Shown here one piece after another: positions 50,508 through 60,778 of a stretch of DNA of 64,000 bases. A program made the translations under genes and the position numbers. Source of the stretch: an uncultured Gammaproteobacteria bacterium (lineage in GTDB: Bacteria; Patescibacteriota; Microgenomatia; Levybacterales; UBA12049); the NCBI GenBank assembly GCA_964533055.1, contig CAZHKZ010000003.1, positions 2,483 to 66,482 of the forward strand, in the 5' to 3' direction. The number at the start of each line of letters is the position of its first letter. Position 1 is the stretch's first letter. The notes beneath the pieces were generated by a model. It did not search any database, was not told the origin of the DNA, and saw nothing but the letters and a program-made list of their open reading frames with translations.

Positions 50508-52277
50508 ATGCAGAACATTATTCGCATCATCAGAATTTCAAAACCCCTTCACCATCTTGTGTGGTTGATTGGTTTTTTGATACTTTTCTCTTCGCTTCTC
50601 CAGTTAGTTGCCCCGCTTCTTTCTAAGTTCATTGTTGATGAAATTGTAGGCCAAGTACAGCATGGTCGTGGAGATCTCGCAAGACTGATCTTGCTTATTG
50701 TGATCTCTTTTGCAATGAACCTTTTTGGTTTAATGACAAACACGATCAGCGATAGGATTGGAGATCACTTTGGTGGAAGAATTAGAAAGTTCTTAACAGA
50801 GAAATTTTACGATAAAGTACTCACGCTCCCTCAGTCGTATTTTGACTCTGAAGTTTCTGGGAAAATTTTAAATCAACTCACTCGTGGTATCTTCACAATT
50901 CAAGATTTCCTAAATACTGCTACTAATTTCATCCTCCCCATGCTTCTGCAGAGCATCTTTACAATTTGTATTCTCGCATACTACAACGTGCCAATTGCGA
51001 TTTTTACTTTTATTCTTTTTCCGATTTACCTAGGACTAAGTTACTACTCGACGGTGCGTTGGGGAAAGGAAGAGGTTCTTAAAAATCAGATTGAAGATAG
51101 AAATCGCGGAAGAATGCAGGAGGTTATTAGCAATATAACGTTAGTTAAGAGTTTTAATCGCGAGAAGTCAGAATTTGAAAGTGTATCCAAGAATCTAGAT
51201 GCGAGTAATGTGATTTATGCCAGACAAAGCAAGACGTTCCACATCTTTGACTTTTTAAGAGGGTTATCACTCAATATTATTCTGTTTGCAATCAATATCC
51301 TTGTTTTTTATAACACGTATCAAAGAGCGCTTACAATCGGAGAGATGGTTTTGATATTGCAGTTGGTTAATCAGGCAAGAATCCCACTTTTTGCGATGTC
51401 ATATTTGCTTACTCAGATCCAAAGAGCTGAGGCGGGATCTAAGGAGTTTTTTGAGGTGCTTAGACTTGAGTCAACTGAGGATTTTAGGAAAATTCCAAAA
51501 CAGAAGAAAATTCTAAATCCATCAATCTTATTTAAGAATGTTTCATTCAAATATGATGAGTCGGATACGATTTTGAAAGATGTGAGCTTTGAAATCAAGA
51601 AAGGCAAGGCAGTGGCACTTGTGGGTCATAGTGGGGCGGGTAAGTCCACAATCATTAATCTTATTCTGAAATTTTATAACCCAACTAGCGGAGATATTTT
51701 AATCAATAATATGTCTTACAAAGATTTGGACTACGCGAGTCTTCGCCAGAATATCTCTCTTGTATTCCAGGAGAATGAGCTCTTCTCCTCAACCATCAAG
51801 GATAATGTATCGTATGGTAAGCAGGGAGCAAGTGAGAAAGAAATTGTTGAGGCGCTGAAATTAGCGAACGCATACGACTTTGTTATGAAGCTACCAAAAG
51901 GGATTGAGAGCGAAGTCGGAGAAAGAGGTGTGAGACTATCAGGTGGTCAGAAGCAAAGAATTCAGATCGCTCGAGCAATTCTTAAAGACGCACCAATTCT
52001 CATTCTCGATGAAGCGACTTCATCATTAGATGCCAAGTCTGAAAAGGATGTTCAAGATGCACTTGAGAATCTCATGAAGAATCGGCTTGTTATTATCATC
52101 GCACATAGATTTTCAACAATTCAGAATGTTGACTCGATTATCGTTCTTGATCAGGGAAAGATTGTGTCTCATGGAAGTCCAGGAGAATTGGCTCAAGAAA
52201 AAGGTCCATACCAGGAACTTCTTCAGTATCAGATTGACGGGAATAAGAAACTCCTCGAGAAATACGACCTCTCTTAA
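50508..52277 (+). CDS. ABC transporter permease/ATP-binding protein (type I exporter, MsbA-like)
   Basis: 6-TM domain, then Walker A GHSGAGKST, signature LSGGQKQR, Walker B ILILDEATS. Confidence 0.85.
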   Translation: MQNIIRIIRISKPLHHLVWLIGFLILFSSLLQLVAPLLSKFIVDEIVGQVQHGRGDLARLILLIVISFAMNLFGLMTNTISDRIGDHFGGRIRKFLTEKFYDKVLTLPQSYFDSEVSGKILNQLTRGIFTIQDFLNTATNFILPMLLQSIFTICILAYYNVPIAIFTFILFPIYLGLSYYSTVRWGKEEVLKNQIEDRNRGRMQEVISNITLVKSFNREKSEFESVSKNLDASNVIYARQSKTFHIFDFLRGLSLNIILFAINILVFYNTYQRALTIGEMVLILQLVNQARIPLFAMSYLLTQIQRAEAGSKEFFEVLRLESTEDFRKIPKQKKILNPSILFKNVSFKYDESDTILKDVSFEIKKGKAVALVGHSGAGKSTIINLILKFYNPTSGDILINNMSYKDLDYASLRQNISLVFQENELFSSTIKDNVSYGKQGASEKEIVEALKLANAYDFVMKLPKGIESEVGERGVRLSGGQKQRIQIARAILKDAPILILDEATSSLDAKSEKDVQDALENLMKNRLVIIIAHRFSTIQNVDSIIVLDQGKIVSHGSPGELAQEKGPYQELLQYQIDGNKKLLEKYDLS

Positions 52278-52328
52278 TGAAATTTTGAGCGTACCCGCAG
52301 GATTGACGAACTCCCCTAATTCCTCTTA

Positions 52329-52359
52329 TTGACAGTCTATGTGGCACTTCAGGTATAAT
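52329..52359 (+). promoter_or_regulatory. near-consensus sigma70 promoter (TTGACA-19-TATAAT) directly upstream of the zinc-ribbon repeat gene
   Basis: -35 at 52329-52334, -10 at 52354-52359. The ATG at 52366 implies a very short leader. Confidence 0.45.
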
Positions 52360-52365
52360 CGGGTG

Positions 52366-52923
52366 ATGTCAGAAGAAAATACACTTAAATCCGATGTCTG
52401 TCCAAAATGTGGATCTCCACTTAGTGAAATTGTAACCACAGCAACAGGCAGAAAGCTTCGAAGATGTTCTACCTCAACTTGGGATCCAGCATCAAAATCA
52501 AATACAGGATGCGACTTCGTTCAATGGCTTGAAGTTGAGCCAGAGGCACTCGATGAGAAGTGTCCAAAGTGCGGATCTGCACTTATTTTGCAAACAACTC
52601 GATTTGGTAAAAAGATGAAGAAGTGTTCTACGTCTACTTGGGATAAAGAGGCAAAGAAGGCACTTGGCTGTGATTATGTTGAATGGATTAATGGAGCTAC
52701 TGAAAAGCTAGATGAGGATTGTCCATCTTGTGGGGAAAAGTTGGTACTCTTTACAACCAACAGTGGTAAGAAGATGAAGAAATGTTCCACCTCTGGTTGG
52801 GATCGCGAAAAGAAAGTTGCAACAGGATGTACCTACGTATATTGGCTTAAACCATCCGAGTACCCCAAAAGTGATCAGAGTAACGGCGAAGAATTCCTCC
52901 CCCCAGAACCTGAAGATGAATAG
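52366..52923 (+). CDS. protein with three tandem C4 zinc-ribbon repeats (topoisomerase-type zf-like)
   Basis: Three ~53 aa repeats of CP(K/S)CG...L(I/V)L.TT..GKKMKKCSTS.WD....K...GC.YV.WL. Start set to MSEENT at 52366. Confidence 0.6.
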   Translation: MSEENTLKSDVCPKCGSPLSEIVTTATGRKLRRCSTSTWDPASKSNTGCDFVQWLEVEPEALDEKCPKCGSALILQTTRFGKKMKKCSTSTWDKEAKKALGCDYVEWINGATEKLDEDCPSCGEKLVLFTTNSGKKMKKCSTSGWDREKKVATGCTYVYWLKPSEYPKSDQSNGEEFLPPEPEDE

Positions 52924-54063
52924 TTATTTTTGTTGAAGCGAGAACGAAAGTCTTTTAGCTATTTCCTCAATTCCCACTTTATTTTTAACCGATACAAATA
53001 TTGGATCTAATTCTGCAAAGCGAGCTTGGAGATTTTTCTTTTCTTCTGCTGATAGCATGTCTGATTTATTAAAGACGTATACTTGGTATTTATTTACTAT
53101 CTTTAATTCTTCTAGTACGCGCGTCACTGCTTCTATCTTTACATCAATTTGAGGATCGGATGCATCAACCACATGGATCAGAAAGTCAGAATAGACAGAT
53201 TCAAGGAGTGTTGACTGGAATGCATCAATAAGCGATGGCGGGAGGTCTTTGATAAATCCAATTGTGTCTGAGAGGAGGACTTCCATTTTTGCATCAGGTA
53301 AGTACATCTTGCCTATATTGCTATCAAGAGTTGCAAATAGCGCATCTTCTACTAGCCTTTTTTTGTTGGTGAGTAAGTTAAAGAGAGAGGATTTGCCAGC
53401 ATTGGTATATCCGATAATTGAGATATTCACAGCGCCATTCCGTTGTCGTCTTTCAAGTTGGAATTTCTTTTCGGACTCAAGTTTATCAATTTTATCTTGT
53501 GTCTTTTTTATTTGATCACGCCAGTGTCTTTTCATAAGTTCAGTATTGGTCTCCCCAATGCCTCTTGTTCCAACTGTTCCACCTTGGCGTGAAAGGACAT
53601 ATCCCATTCCATAAATTCGTGGACCCATATGTCTCATTGCAGCAAGTTCAATCTGAAGTTTTGCTTCTGTTGTGCTCGCGTGCTTTGAGAATATTTGCAG
53701 GATTAGGTCAACTCTATCCCAAACAGTGATCTCTGGATTTTCAACACTAAGATCTGTTTTTACTTCAAAAATCTGTCCAGGTTTCACAATTCCATTAAGA
53801 ATAACAACATCAACATCATTTTCCTTAATGCTTTGTGTTATCTCCTCGATTTTCCCTCTGCCTAGATATGAGCCTCTTGCATGCACTTCTCGTCTCTGTA
53901 TCGCATAATCCACGACAGTACCACCGTAGGTATCAATCAAATCTCTGGTTTCTTTAATATCAAAAAATGCCTCTTCTTCTGACGAGTCTTTCGGGATGAG
54001 AGTTGCGACTAAAAAACGCTGCTGCTTTTTCTCAGGGATATTTATATGCATAGGAGTCTGCAC
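52924..54063 (-). CDS. hflX: GTPase HflX
   Basis: HflX N-domain, G1 IGYTNAGKSSLFN, G3 DTIGF, G4 NKSD. Confidence 0.85.
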   Translation of the reverse strand: MQTPMHINIPEKKQQRFLVATLIPKDSSEEEAFFDIKETRDLIDTYGGTVVDYAIQRREVHARGSYLGRGKIEEITQSIKENDVDVVILNGIVKPGQIFEVKTDLSVENPEITVWDRVDLILQIFSKHASTTEAKLQIELAAMRHMGPRIYGMGYVLSRQGGTVGTRGIGETNTELMKRHWRDQIKKTQDKIDKLESEKKFQLERRQRNGAVNISIIGYTNAGKSSLFNLLTNKKRLVEDALFATLDSNIGKMYLPDAKMEVLLSDTIGFIKDLPPSLIDAFQSTLLESVYSDFLIHVVDASDPQIDVKIEAVTRVLEELKIVNKYQVYVFNKSDMLSAEEKKNLQARFAELDPIFVSVKNKVGIEEIAKRLSFSLQQK

Positions 54064-54093
54064 ATTGTAGTAGATGTGCTATTTTTTGGCAAA

Positions 54094-54771
54094 CTATTTC
54101 TTTTGTGCAAGTTTAATCCCTAGAAAGAGTAGTAATATTGCTGCTGCATCAATTGCAATTGGAATGAGAAGATATTTGCTACCTAGGTCGCCAAGTCTGA
54201 GAAATGATGGTGGAATAATGCTATTTATTTGCTCGAGTGAAGTTCGAAATCCGAGGAGATACGCTGTGACGATAGTTATGATAAATAGCACGAGAAAAAA
54301 TGATGCACCTTCCATATCTTTCTTGCTGGAGAACATAGTATTGCCAATTTGAAAGACAATTAGTAGTGCCAGAATACCAATCCACAGAGTATGAGTCGCA
54401 TCAAAAAAATCGGCAGAAAAAAGAGTTAAGATAATAATCGTTGTTCCCATCAAAAATGGTGCAACACCTATCAGAAGTCTGCGAAAAGGATCTGGCTTAA
54501 CAATCTCGACACTCCCAAGCCTTATGGTATTGCCTTCAAGTTTCGGAAGTAGCTCCATTTTTCCCGTATGTACAAAGAGAAGATTGGCCATGATCAAATG
54601 TGAGAACTCATGAATGACCGTGCCAATAAAGAAAAATGCTGCCATCGTATAGACCGTCACCTTCTCACTATTTGTTAGGGAGTAGATAAATTGAGAGAGG
54701 TATTTCTGTAAAAATCTTGAGAGAATAAAAAGTATGAAGACCTGGAGTAGGAAGAGGCAGATGATTTCCAT
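54094..54771 (-). CDS. membrane zinc metalloprotease-like protein (M50B-like, HExxH)
   Basis: 225 aa, multi-TM. HEFSH zinc motif within a hydrophobic region. Confidence 0.45.
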   Translation of the reverse strand: MEIICLFLLQVFILFILSRFLQKYLSQFIYSLTNSEKVTVYTMAAFFFIGTVIHEFSHLIMANLLFVHTGKMELLPKLEGNTIRLGSVEIVKPDPFRRLLIGVAPFLMGTTIIILTLFSADFFDATHTLWIGILALLIVFQIGNTMFSSKKDMEGASFFLVLFIITIVTAYLLGFRTSLEQINSIIPPSFLRLGDLGSKYLLIPIAIDAAAILLLFLGIKLAQKK

Positions 54772-54777
54772 TGCTAG

Positions 54778-55284
54778 TTAGAGATTTATTGCTGGATCAA
54801 TTGGCGCACTATTGCCTGATGGCTTAACAGTGAGAAGCTCTACTTCAAATACGAGTGTGGAGTTAGCTGGAATTTCACCTTGTGCATTACTGCCATATCC
54901 TAATTCTGGTGGGATTGTTAGCTTTCTTTTTCCACCAATTTTCATTCCTACGACTCCTTCATCCCAGCCTTTTATAACCTCACCTTTTCCAATCGTAAAT
55001 GAGAAAGGTTCTTTTCTATCATATGAGCTATCAAACTGTTTTCCATTTGTGAGTGAGCCCTTATAATTGACAGATACAGTGTCTCCTGTTTTTGCCTCTT
55101 CTCCTGTTCCAATAGCGAGATCCTCTTTTGTGATTTTTGTAGTCTGAGATGTTGTCTGAGCTGGAGTTGTAGTGACTGTCTTTTTACTTGTTGTATTAAT
55201 AATCACTATAGAGAGGATGTAGATAGCTGCAAGTGCGCCGAGGAAAATTCCAATTCTTTTCATGAGTCCTATGATATCATACAT
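54778..55284 (-). CDS. FKBP-type peptidyl-prolyl cis-trans isomerase (membrane/secreted)
   Basis: GDTVSVNYKGSLTNGKQFDSSYDRKEPFSFTIGKGEVIKGWDEGVVGMKIGGKRKLTIPPELGYG. Confidence 0.85.
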   Translation of the reverse strand: MYDIIGLMKRIGIFLGALAAIYILSIVIINTTSKKTVTTTPAQTTSQTTKITKEDLAIGTGEEAKTGDTVSVNYKGSLTNGKQFDSSYDRKEPFSFTIGKGEVIKGWDEGVVGMKIGGKRKLTIPPELGYGSNAQGEIPANSTLVFEVELLTVKPSGNSAPIDPAINL

Positions 55285-55286
55285 CT

Positions 55287-56132
55287 ATGCAAATTTTAAA
55301 GACAAAAGGGTGGGATGAGTATGAACTTCTTGATAGTGGGAATGGTCAGCGGCTTGAAAGATTTGGCAAATATATTCTTTCAAAACCGGATCCACAAGCT
55401 ATTTGGGATCGAAAACTCTCACATGATATGTGGGGCAAGGCAGATGCAGTTTACGAAGAGAAGGGATGGAGAAAAACCTCAGCTTTTCCTGAGAAATGGG
55501 AGCTAAAATATAAAGAGATTTCATTCTTTGCTCGATTGACGTCATTTAAGCATGCGGGTGTATTTCCTGAGCAACATCTTCACTGGGATTTTATTCACGA
55601 ATCAGTGAGCAGGAGAAGAGACGCCAACATCCTCAATCTATTTGGATATACCGGTGTCGCAACTCTGATTGCTGCCAGTGCAGGAGCTCAGGTGACTCAT
55701 GTTGATGCATCTCGTCCTGCAGTTGCGTGGGCTAGGGAAAATCAAGACATCTCAGGATTAAATGAAAAACCTGTACGATGGATCATCGATGATGCTCTTG
55801 AGTATGTCGAGCGTGAAGTGCGTAGGGGCAAAAAATATGATGGCATTCTAATGGATCCACCAGTCTATGGTCATGGACCAACTGGCAAGATCTGGAACTT
55901 TGACAAGAGCTTTCCAGATCTTATAAGGGAATGTTCAAAACTTTTATCGAGTGATCCACTCTTTGTGATCGCAAATGCGTACGCCATCTCTTCATCTGCA
56001 TATATGCTTGAGAATGTCATGAGAGATCATCTCGTAGGAGGAACTTTTGAGACGGGGGAGTTGGTTCTTGAAGAGTCAACGAATGGTAGACCACTTTCAA
56101 CAGGAATTTATTCCCGCTGGACTCCAAGATAG
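55287..56132 (+). CDS. class I SAM-dependent rRNA methyltransferase, RlmI-like (no PUA domain)
   Basis: LDSGNGQRLERFG, ILNLFGYTGVATLIAA, YDGILMDPP align with the catalytic half of RlmI/YccW. Confidence 0.7.
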   Translation: MQILKTKGWDEYELLDSGNGQRLERFGKYILSKPDPQAIWDRKLSHDMWGKADAVYEEKGWRKTSAFPEKWELKYKEISFFARLTSFKHAGVFPEQHLHWDFIHESVSRRRDANILNLFGYTGVATLIAASAGAQVTHVDASRPAVAWARENQDISGLNEKPVRWIIDDALEYVEREVRRGKKYDGILMDPPVYGHGPTGKIWNFDKSFPDLIRECSKLLSSDPLFVIANAYAISSSAYMLENVMRDHLVGGTFETGELVLEESTNGRPLSTGIYSRWTPR

Positions 56133-56134
56133 AT

Positions 56135-57088
56135 TTATTCCCCATAATAACTATGTGGCAAGACTCTTCGAAGTAGCCCGAAAGTGCTTGAGTCTAGTGT
56201 CGCATTAGGATCATCAGTTCTCCTTGCCTTCTCAGTCGCCGTGCGAAGTTCATTAATTGTTATTGGTGGTTCGAGGCGAATAACCGCCTTTTTGCCAACA
56301 CTGTGAATAAGTCCAAAATTGTCATCATGTCGTTCTGGATCTTCTCGATCCATGATCATAATTCCCATTGGCCATATGCCCACTTTGTCCATATCGACAC
56401 CATCTCGCTCTGCTCGTCTGACAAGTGCTCCAATTACAGGGCCAGAAGACTCGCCTAATTCTGGCAATCTCTCTCCCTGTGGTGCGGTGAAGACGATACC
56501 CATCTCCTTGAGTGTTCGAGTATCTGATGTAAGTGATTCATTGAGGCCTTTTCTGAGTGGAATTCTTCTAGGCTCTGGACGTTCATATGTTGTAACACCT
56601 GGGATATGTCCAAGTCCTTCTCTTGCTACATGCTTAATTTGGTCAGAAATCGGAACATTCTCGACATTCTTTCCTTTTTCAATTGTGCTCGCAGTAACTA
56701 TTGGTGAAGCATCCATTCTAGAGAGTTTTGCAAATGTCCGAATATATGGCTTTTGCCATTGATGATATGCAACGGGTCCTGAAAATCGGGGATTATCAAA
56801 GCCTCTGCCCATTCTGATTGATGCGCCAATTGCATCAATAGGGTCTCGCATTCGTGAGTGTGCGTAGGGGAAAATTATTGGGTATCCTTCCGCTCTCATG
56901 TCCTGTGCTCTGTCTAGGGCGCCTGGGGTTAACTGAATCTCAATCGGTAATACTGCTTGGAAACGGCTTGCCCATTCATGTCTTTGATCTGCGATAGCAC
57001 TACCCTTACTTGCCTGCATTGAATCTAGATCAAGAGTTATGAATTCCTGGGGCTTTTCTTCCATGGGGACGTCTCTTTCTGCTGACAT
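56135..57088 (-). CDS. hypothetical protein, possibly acyltransferase (LPLAT-like HX4D) family
   Basis: 317 aa. AHSRMRD (HX4D) and PQGER (FPEGTR-like). Charged and Arg-rich, locally higher GC than neighbours. Confidence 0.3.
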   Translation of the reverse strand: MSAERDVPMEEKPQEFITLDLDSMQASKGSAIADQRHEWASRFQAVLPIEIQLTPGALDRAQDMRAEGYPIIFPYAHSRMRDPIDAIGASIRMGRGFDNPRFSGPVAYHQWQKPYIRTFAKLSRMDASPIVTASTIEKGKNVENVPISDQIKHVAREGLGHIPGVTTYERPEPRRIPLRKGLNESLTSDTRTLKEMGIVFTAPQGERLPELGESSGPVIGALVRRAERDGVDMDKVGIWPMGIMIMDREDPERHDDNFGLIHSVGKKAVIRLEPPITINELRTATEKARRTDDPNATLDSSTFGLLRRVLPHSYYGE

Positions 57089-57187
57089 ATTTTCTCTTGA
57101 GAGGATTATAGTGGAATATTTTTGCTTTGCAACTGCAACGTTGGTAAAGATGTTTCATGTCTGATAAAATCTTGGGATCGATCCAAT

Positions 57188-57258
57188 CGGGGATTAGTTT
57201 AACGGTAGAATTCGCGGCTGGGGGCCGTGAGACCGGAGTTCAACTCTCCGATCCCCGA
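57188..57258 (+). tRNA. tRNA-Pro (anticodon GGG), 71 nt, short D-stem
   Basis: Manual fold: acceptor CGGGGAT/ATCCCCG, U8, anticodon stem CGCGG/CCGTG with loop CTGGGGG (U33, GGG, G37), T-arm CGGAG-TTCAACT-CTCCG, discriminator A. D-stem is only 3-4 bp with GG in the loop. Confidence 0.6.
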
Positions 57259-57335
57259 CAAAATCTGTGATACCGTTTGTATCAATAGGACTACTTGTAA
57301 TTTACTCGAATCCTTTCTATAGTTAATGGTACTTT

Positions 57336-58442
57336 ATGGCAAAATCCTCTAACGCAAAATCCACCGCAGTCATCGAACAGCAGACTGATAACGCACAAAA
57401 AATGGAGTCCATCAAGATGGCGATGGATCAAATCGAAAAGCAATATGGCAAGGGATCTATTATGCGATTTGGTGATGCTGCAGGTAAGCTAGATATCTCA
57501 GTTGTTTCAACAGGGTGCCTTCCGCTCGACCTAGCACTTGGCGTTGGTGGACTTCCTCGTGGAAGAATAATTGAGATCTATGGACCTGAGGCATCAGGTA
57601 AAACTACAGTTTGTCTCTCAACTATTGCTCAAGCACAAAAACATGGTGGCGTAGTCGCATTCATTGATGCTGAGCATGCACTCGACCCGATCTGGGCAGA
57701 GCGCATTGGGGTAAAGCTTGATGAACTTTTGATATCTCAGCCAGATACAGGAGAACAAGCTCTTGAAATTGCTGAAAGCCTAGTGCGAAGTGGGGGTATC
57801 GATGTTCTTGTCATCGACTCAGTTGCAGCACTTGTTCCCCGAGCAGAAATTGAGGGAGAAATGGGTGACTCAGTTATGGGTCTTCAGGCTCGCCTTATGT
57901 CCCAAGCTTTGCGTAAGCTTACAGGTGTTATTTCCAAATCAAAGACCGTTGTCATTTTTACCAATCAATTGCGACAAAAGATTGGTGTGATGTTCGGAAA
58001 TCCCGAGACGACCACCGGTGGTCTTGCGCTTAAGTTCTATGCCTCAGTTCGCATGGATATCAGAAAAATTGAGACCATTAAAGATGGTGATAAGGCCATC
58101 GGTTCAAGGCATCGAGTCAAGATCGTGAAGAACAAGGTCTCCACACCATTTCGCCTAGCTGAGTTTGATGTATTTGGTACAGGTATTTCAAGAGAGGGTG
58201 GTATTTTGGATGTTGGTGTTGAGATGGGGGTCATCACAAAAGCAGGTGCATTCTTCCGCTATAACGATCTCCTTATCGGTCAAGGAAAAGTAGCTGCAAT
58301 TGATTGGCTTAAGGAGAATCAGGAAGAATCAAAGAAGATAGTTGTTGAGATCATGGCAAAGAGTAGGGCTGGAGATATGCCTGTTGCTGTCGGTATGGAA
58401 GAGTCGGAAGATGAAGCCGAGAGTGCCCCATCAGACTCGTAA
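57336..58442 (+). CDS. recA: recombinase RecA
   Basis: [17 protein letters not shown]1/L2 loops, 368 aa with an acidic C-tail. Confidence 0.95.
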   Translation: MAKSSNAKSTAVIEQQTDNAQKMESIKMAMDQIEKQYGKGSIMRFGDAAGKLDISVVSTGCLPLDLALGVGGLPRGRIIEIYGPEASGKTTVCLSTIAQAQKHGGVVAFIDAEHALDPIWAERIGVKLDELLISQPDTGEQALEIAESLVRSGGIDVLVIDSVAALVPRAEIEGEMGDSVMGLQARLMSQALRKLTGVISKSKTVVIFTNQLRQKIGVMFGNPETTTGGLALKFYASVRMDIRKIETIKDGDKAIGSRHRVKIVKNKVSTPFRLAEFDVFGTGISREGGILDVGVEMGVITKAGAFFRYNDLLIGQGKVAAIDWLKENQEESKKIVVEIMAKSRAGDMPVAVGMEESEDEAESAPSDS

Positions 58443-58932
58443 AGTGACTGAGCATTTTGGAAAATATTACAACCTCGCAGTTGGCCATCTAGCAAGAAGG
58501 CCAAGATCCTCAAATGAACTAAAGGACTACCTCACTAAAAAGAAAATAGACCCACTTCTCATTGATGAAATTATTTCTAAACTCATAGAGCAGAAATTTC
58601 TCAATGATCTTGCATTTGCGCGATGGTGGCGTGAGCAAAGAACTCGTTTTAAGGGAAAAAGTGATCGGCTGATCACGATGGAGCTTCGTCAGAAAGGGAT
58701 CAAGGACGACATGATACAGGAGATCTTTCACGAAGTAACAGATGAGCCAATGGATGATCTTACGAAGGCAAAAGGGTTGGTACTGAAAAGGTTAAAAAGA
58801 GTTGAAGGACTTCCACCCAAGGAACAATATGAGAAGCTAGGGAGGTATCTGATAGGTAAAGGATTCGGATGGGACATCATCCGAAAGGCGATTGACGAAC
58901 ATATTGAAAAAAAGTATAATGATGGGGAGTAA
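58411..58932 (+). CDS. recX: recombination regulator RecX
   Basis: [22 protein letters not shown] and [10 protein letters not shown] are the RecX three-helix repeats. The start is uncertain: either ATG 58411, overlapping recA by 32 nt, or GTG 58444, right after the recA stop. Confidence 0.7.
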   Translation: MKPRVPHQTRKVTEHFGKYYNLAVGHLARRPRSSNELKDYLTKKKIDPLLIDEIISKLIEQKFLNDLAFARWWREQRTRFKGKSDRLITMELRQKGIKDDMIQEIFHEVTDEPMDDLTKAKGLVLKRLKRVEGLPPKEQYEKLGRYLIGKGFGWDIIRKAIDEHIEKKYNDGE

Positions 58933-59034
58933 CGAACAGTTACGATGTGAACCATGAGAATAATTTCATCCACACATCTTCGAACTATCTAACCACACAT
59001 TACGTCGTGGTTTTTCTTCGTTAACTCAAAATAT

Positions 59035-60306
59035 ATGGCAGATTTAAATCAAAACGATATTCTTTCTCTCGAGAAAAAACTCTTAGAGAGACAAGAAAAA
59101 ATTGAAGCAAAGCAAGAGCAGCTTGAAAAAGAGGCTGAAGTACTTGAGCAAAAAAGAGAAGAGTATAAGAAGAAGCTTGAGCAAAGCGCTGGGCTTACCC
59201 GCGAAGAAGCTAAGAAGTCACTTCTTGAAGAGACTGAAAAAGACGCTACTCAGATGATGGCTAAGATCATCAAGGAGAAGGAAGAAGAGGCTAAGGCTAC
59301 TGCGTCTCATAGATCAAGAGAAATTGTTGTAGATGCAATGCGTCATGGCGCTCTTGATTATATTGCTGAGTATACGGTCTCAGTTATTAAGGTTGCAGAT
59401 GAGGAGATAAAGGGTCGAATTATTGGAAAAGAAGGTAGAAATATTCGAGCATTTGAACAGGCTACTGGAGTTGACGTTGATCTTGATGAGGAAGGAATCA
59501 TTCGGCTTTCATCATTTGACCAAGTAAGGCGTGAAGTCGCAAGGCTTTCACTTGAGAAATTGCTTGTTGATACTCGAATTCAGCCATTCAGAATTGAGGA
59601 AGTTGTAGATCAGACTAAAAAGGAAGTTGAGAAAGTTATGTTTGAAGAGGGTCAAAAGCTTGCAGTAGAGGTTGGCGTATTCAATCTTCCGACTGAGATT
59701 TATTCAACTCTTGGTCGTTTCAAATTCCGAACGTCTTTTGGTCAGAACCTCGTTGTCCATACGCTTGAGGAGACCAAGATTGGTATCCATATTGCCCAAG
59801 AGATGGGTGCGAATGTCGATGTTGTTCGTCTTGGCTGCCTCTTTCATGATATTGGAAAAGTCATTGAAGGTGATGGAAGTCACGTAAAATTAGGCGTTGA
59901 GTATCTTAATAAATTCAATCTTCCAGAAACAGTTGTTAATTGTGTCGCTGAGCATCATGAGGATAAACCATTCTCGTCGGTTGAGTCTATCATTGTGCAT
60001 ATTGCTGATTCTATCTCAGGTGCTAGACCCGGTGCACGCTATGAAGATGTTGAGAACTACGGTAAGAGGCTTAAGGAGATGGAAGAGATCGCTAAGCGCT
60101 ATGAGGGCGTTGAGGACGCATATGCATTCGAGGCCGGTAGAGAATTAAGAGTAATTATTAATCCTGGTAAACTTGATGACTCACAGACGGTGATTCTCTC
60201 CAAGAAGATTCAGGAGGAAGTTAGTCGTGCTTTGGCAGTTCCAGGCGAGGTAAAAGTTACGGCAATTCGCGAGTTCCGCTCAGTCTATCCAGAACACACT
60301 TCATAG
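59035..60306 (+). CDS. rny: ribonuclease Y (KH + HD domains, no N-terminal TM)
   Basis: N-terminal coiled-coil, KH IIGKEGRNIRAFEQATGVDV, HD LFHDIGK...HHED. Confidence 0.85.
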   Translation: MADLNQNDILSLEKKLLERQEKIEAKQEQLEKEAEVLEQKREEYKKKLEQSAGLTREEAKKSLLEETEKDATQMMAKIIKEKEEEAKATASHRSREIVVDAMRHGALDYIAEYTVSVIKVADEEIKGRIIGKEGRNIRAFEQATGVDVDLDEEGIIRLSSFDQVRREVARLSLEKLLVDTRIQPFRIEEVVDQTKKEVEKVMFEEGQKLAVEVGVFNLPTEIYSTLGRFKFRTSFGQNLVVHTLEETKIGIHIAQEMGANVDVVRLGCLFHDIGKVIEGDGSHVKLGVEYLNKFNLPETVVNCVAEHHEDKPFSSVESIIVHIADSISGARPGARYEDVENYGKRLKEMEEIAKRYEGVEDAYAFEAGRELRVIINPGKLDDSQTVILSKKIQEEVSRALAVPGEVKVTAIREFRSVYPEHTS

Positions 60307-60497
60307 TCATTTAGCTTGATATAGCAGAATAATCTCTTGACAAGCCTTCGTTTTCCTTGTACTGTAAATCTAATCTTGATTTTTACCTACTGCTCAATCA
60401 ATCTTCGTTCTCATTCCCTCTTAGCTTTCGCAATAGCTCGAGATATTCTCTATTCTGATTTTTTCTTCATAAATATTGTGAGAGGAGGTGATCGTGC

Positions 60498-60770
60498 ATG
60501 ACAAAAAAAGATCTTATTGAGGTTGTTGCTAAGAAATCAAATCTTACACACAAGGCTGCGCGCGATTCTGTTCAAACTACACTGAACACTATTCGAGATT
60601 CTCTCAAAAGAGGGGAAAAAGTGGTTCTAACTGGGTTTGGGACTTTTAGCGTGAGAACAAGAGCTGAGAGAGTTGGTCGTAATCCAAAGACTGGGGAGAG
60701 GATCACCCTTGCTGCTCGAAAAGCTCCTGGTTTTACTCCCGGGAAGACGTTTAAGAAGGTAATTAGATAA
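60498..60770 (+). CDS. hup: HU-family DNA-binding protein
   Basis: MTKKDLIEVVA...GFGTF.V..R.ERVGRNPKTGE.I.I.A.K.P.F..GK. Confidence 0.9.
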   Translation: MTKKDLIEVVAKKSNLTHKAARDSVQTTLNTIRDSLKRGEKVVLTGFGTFSVRTRAERVGRNPKTGERITLAARKAPGFTPGKTFKKVIR

Positions 60771-60778
60771 TTTTATTA

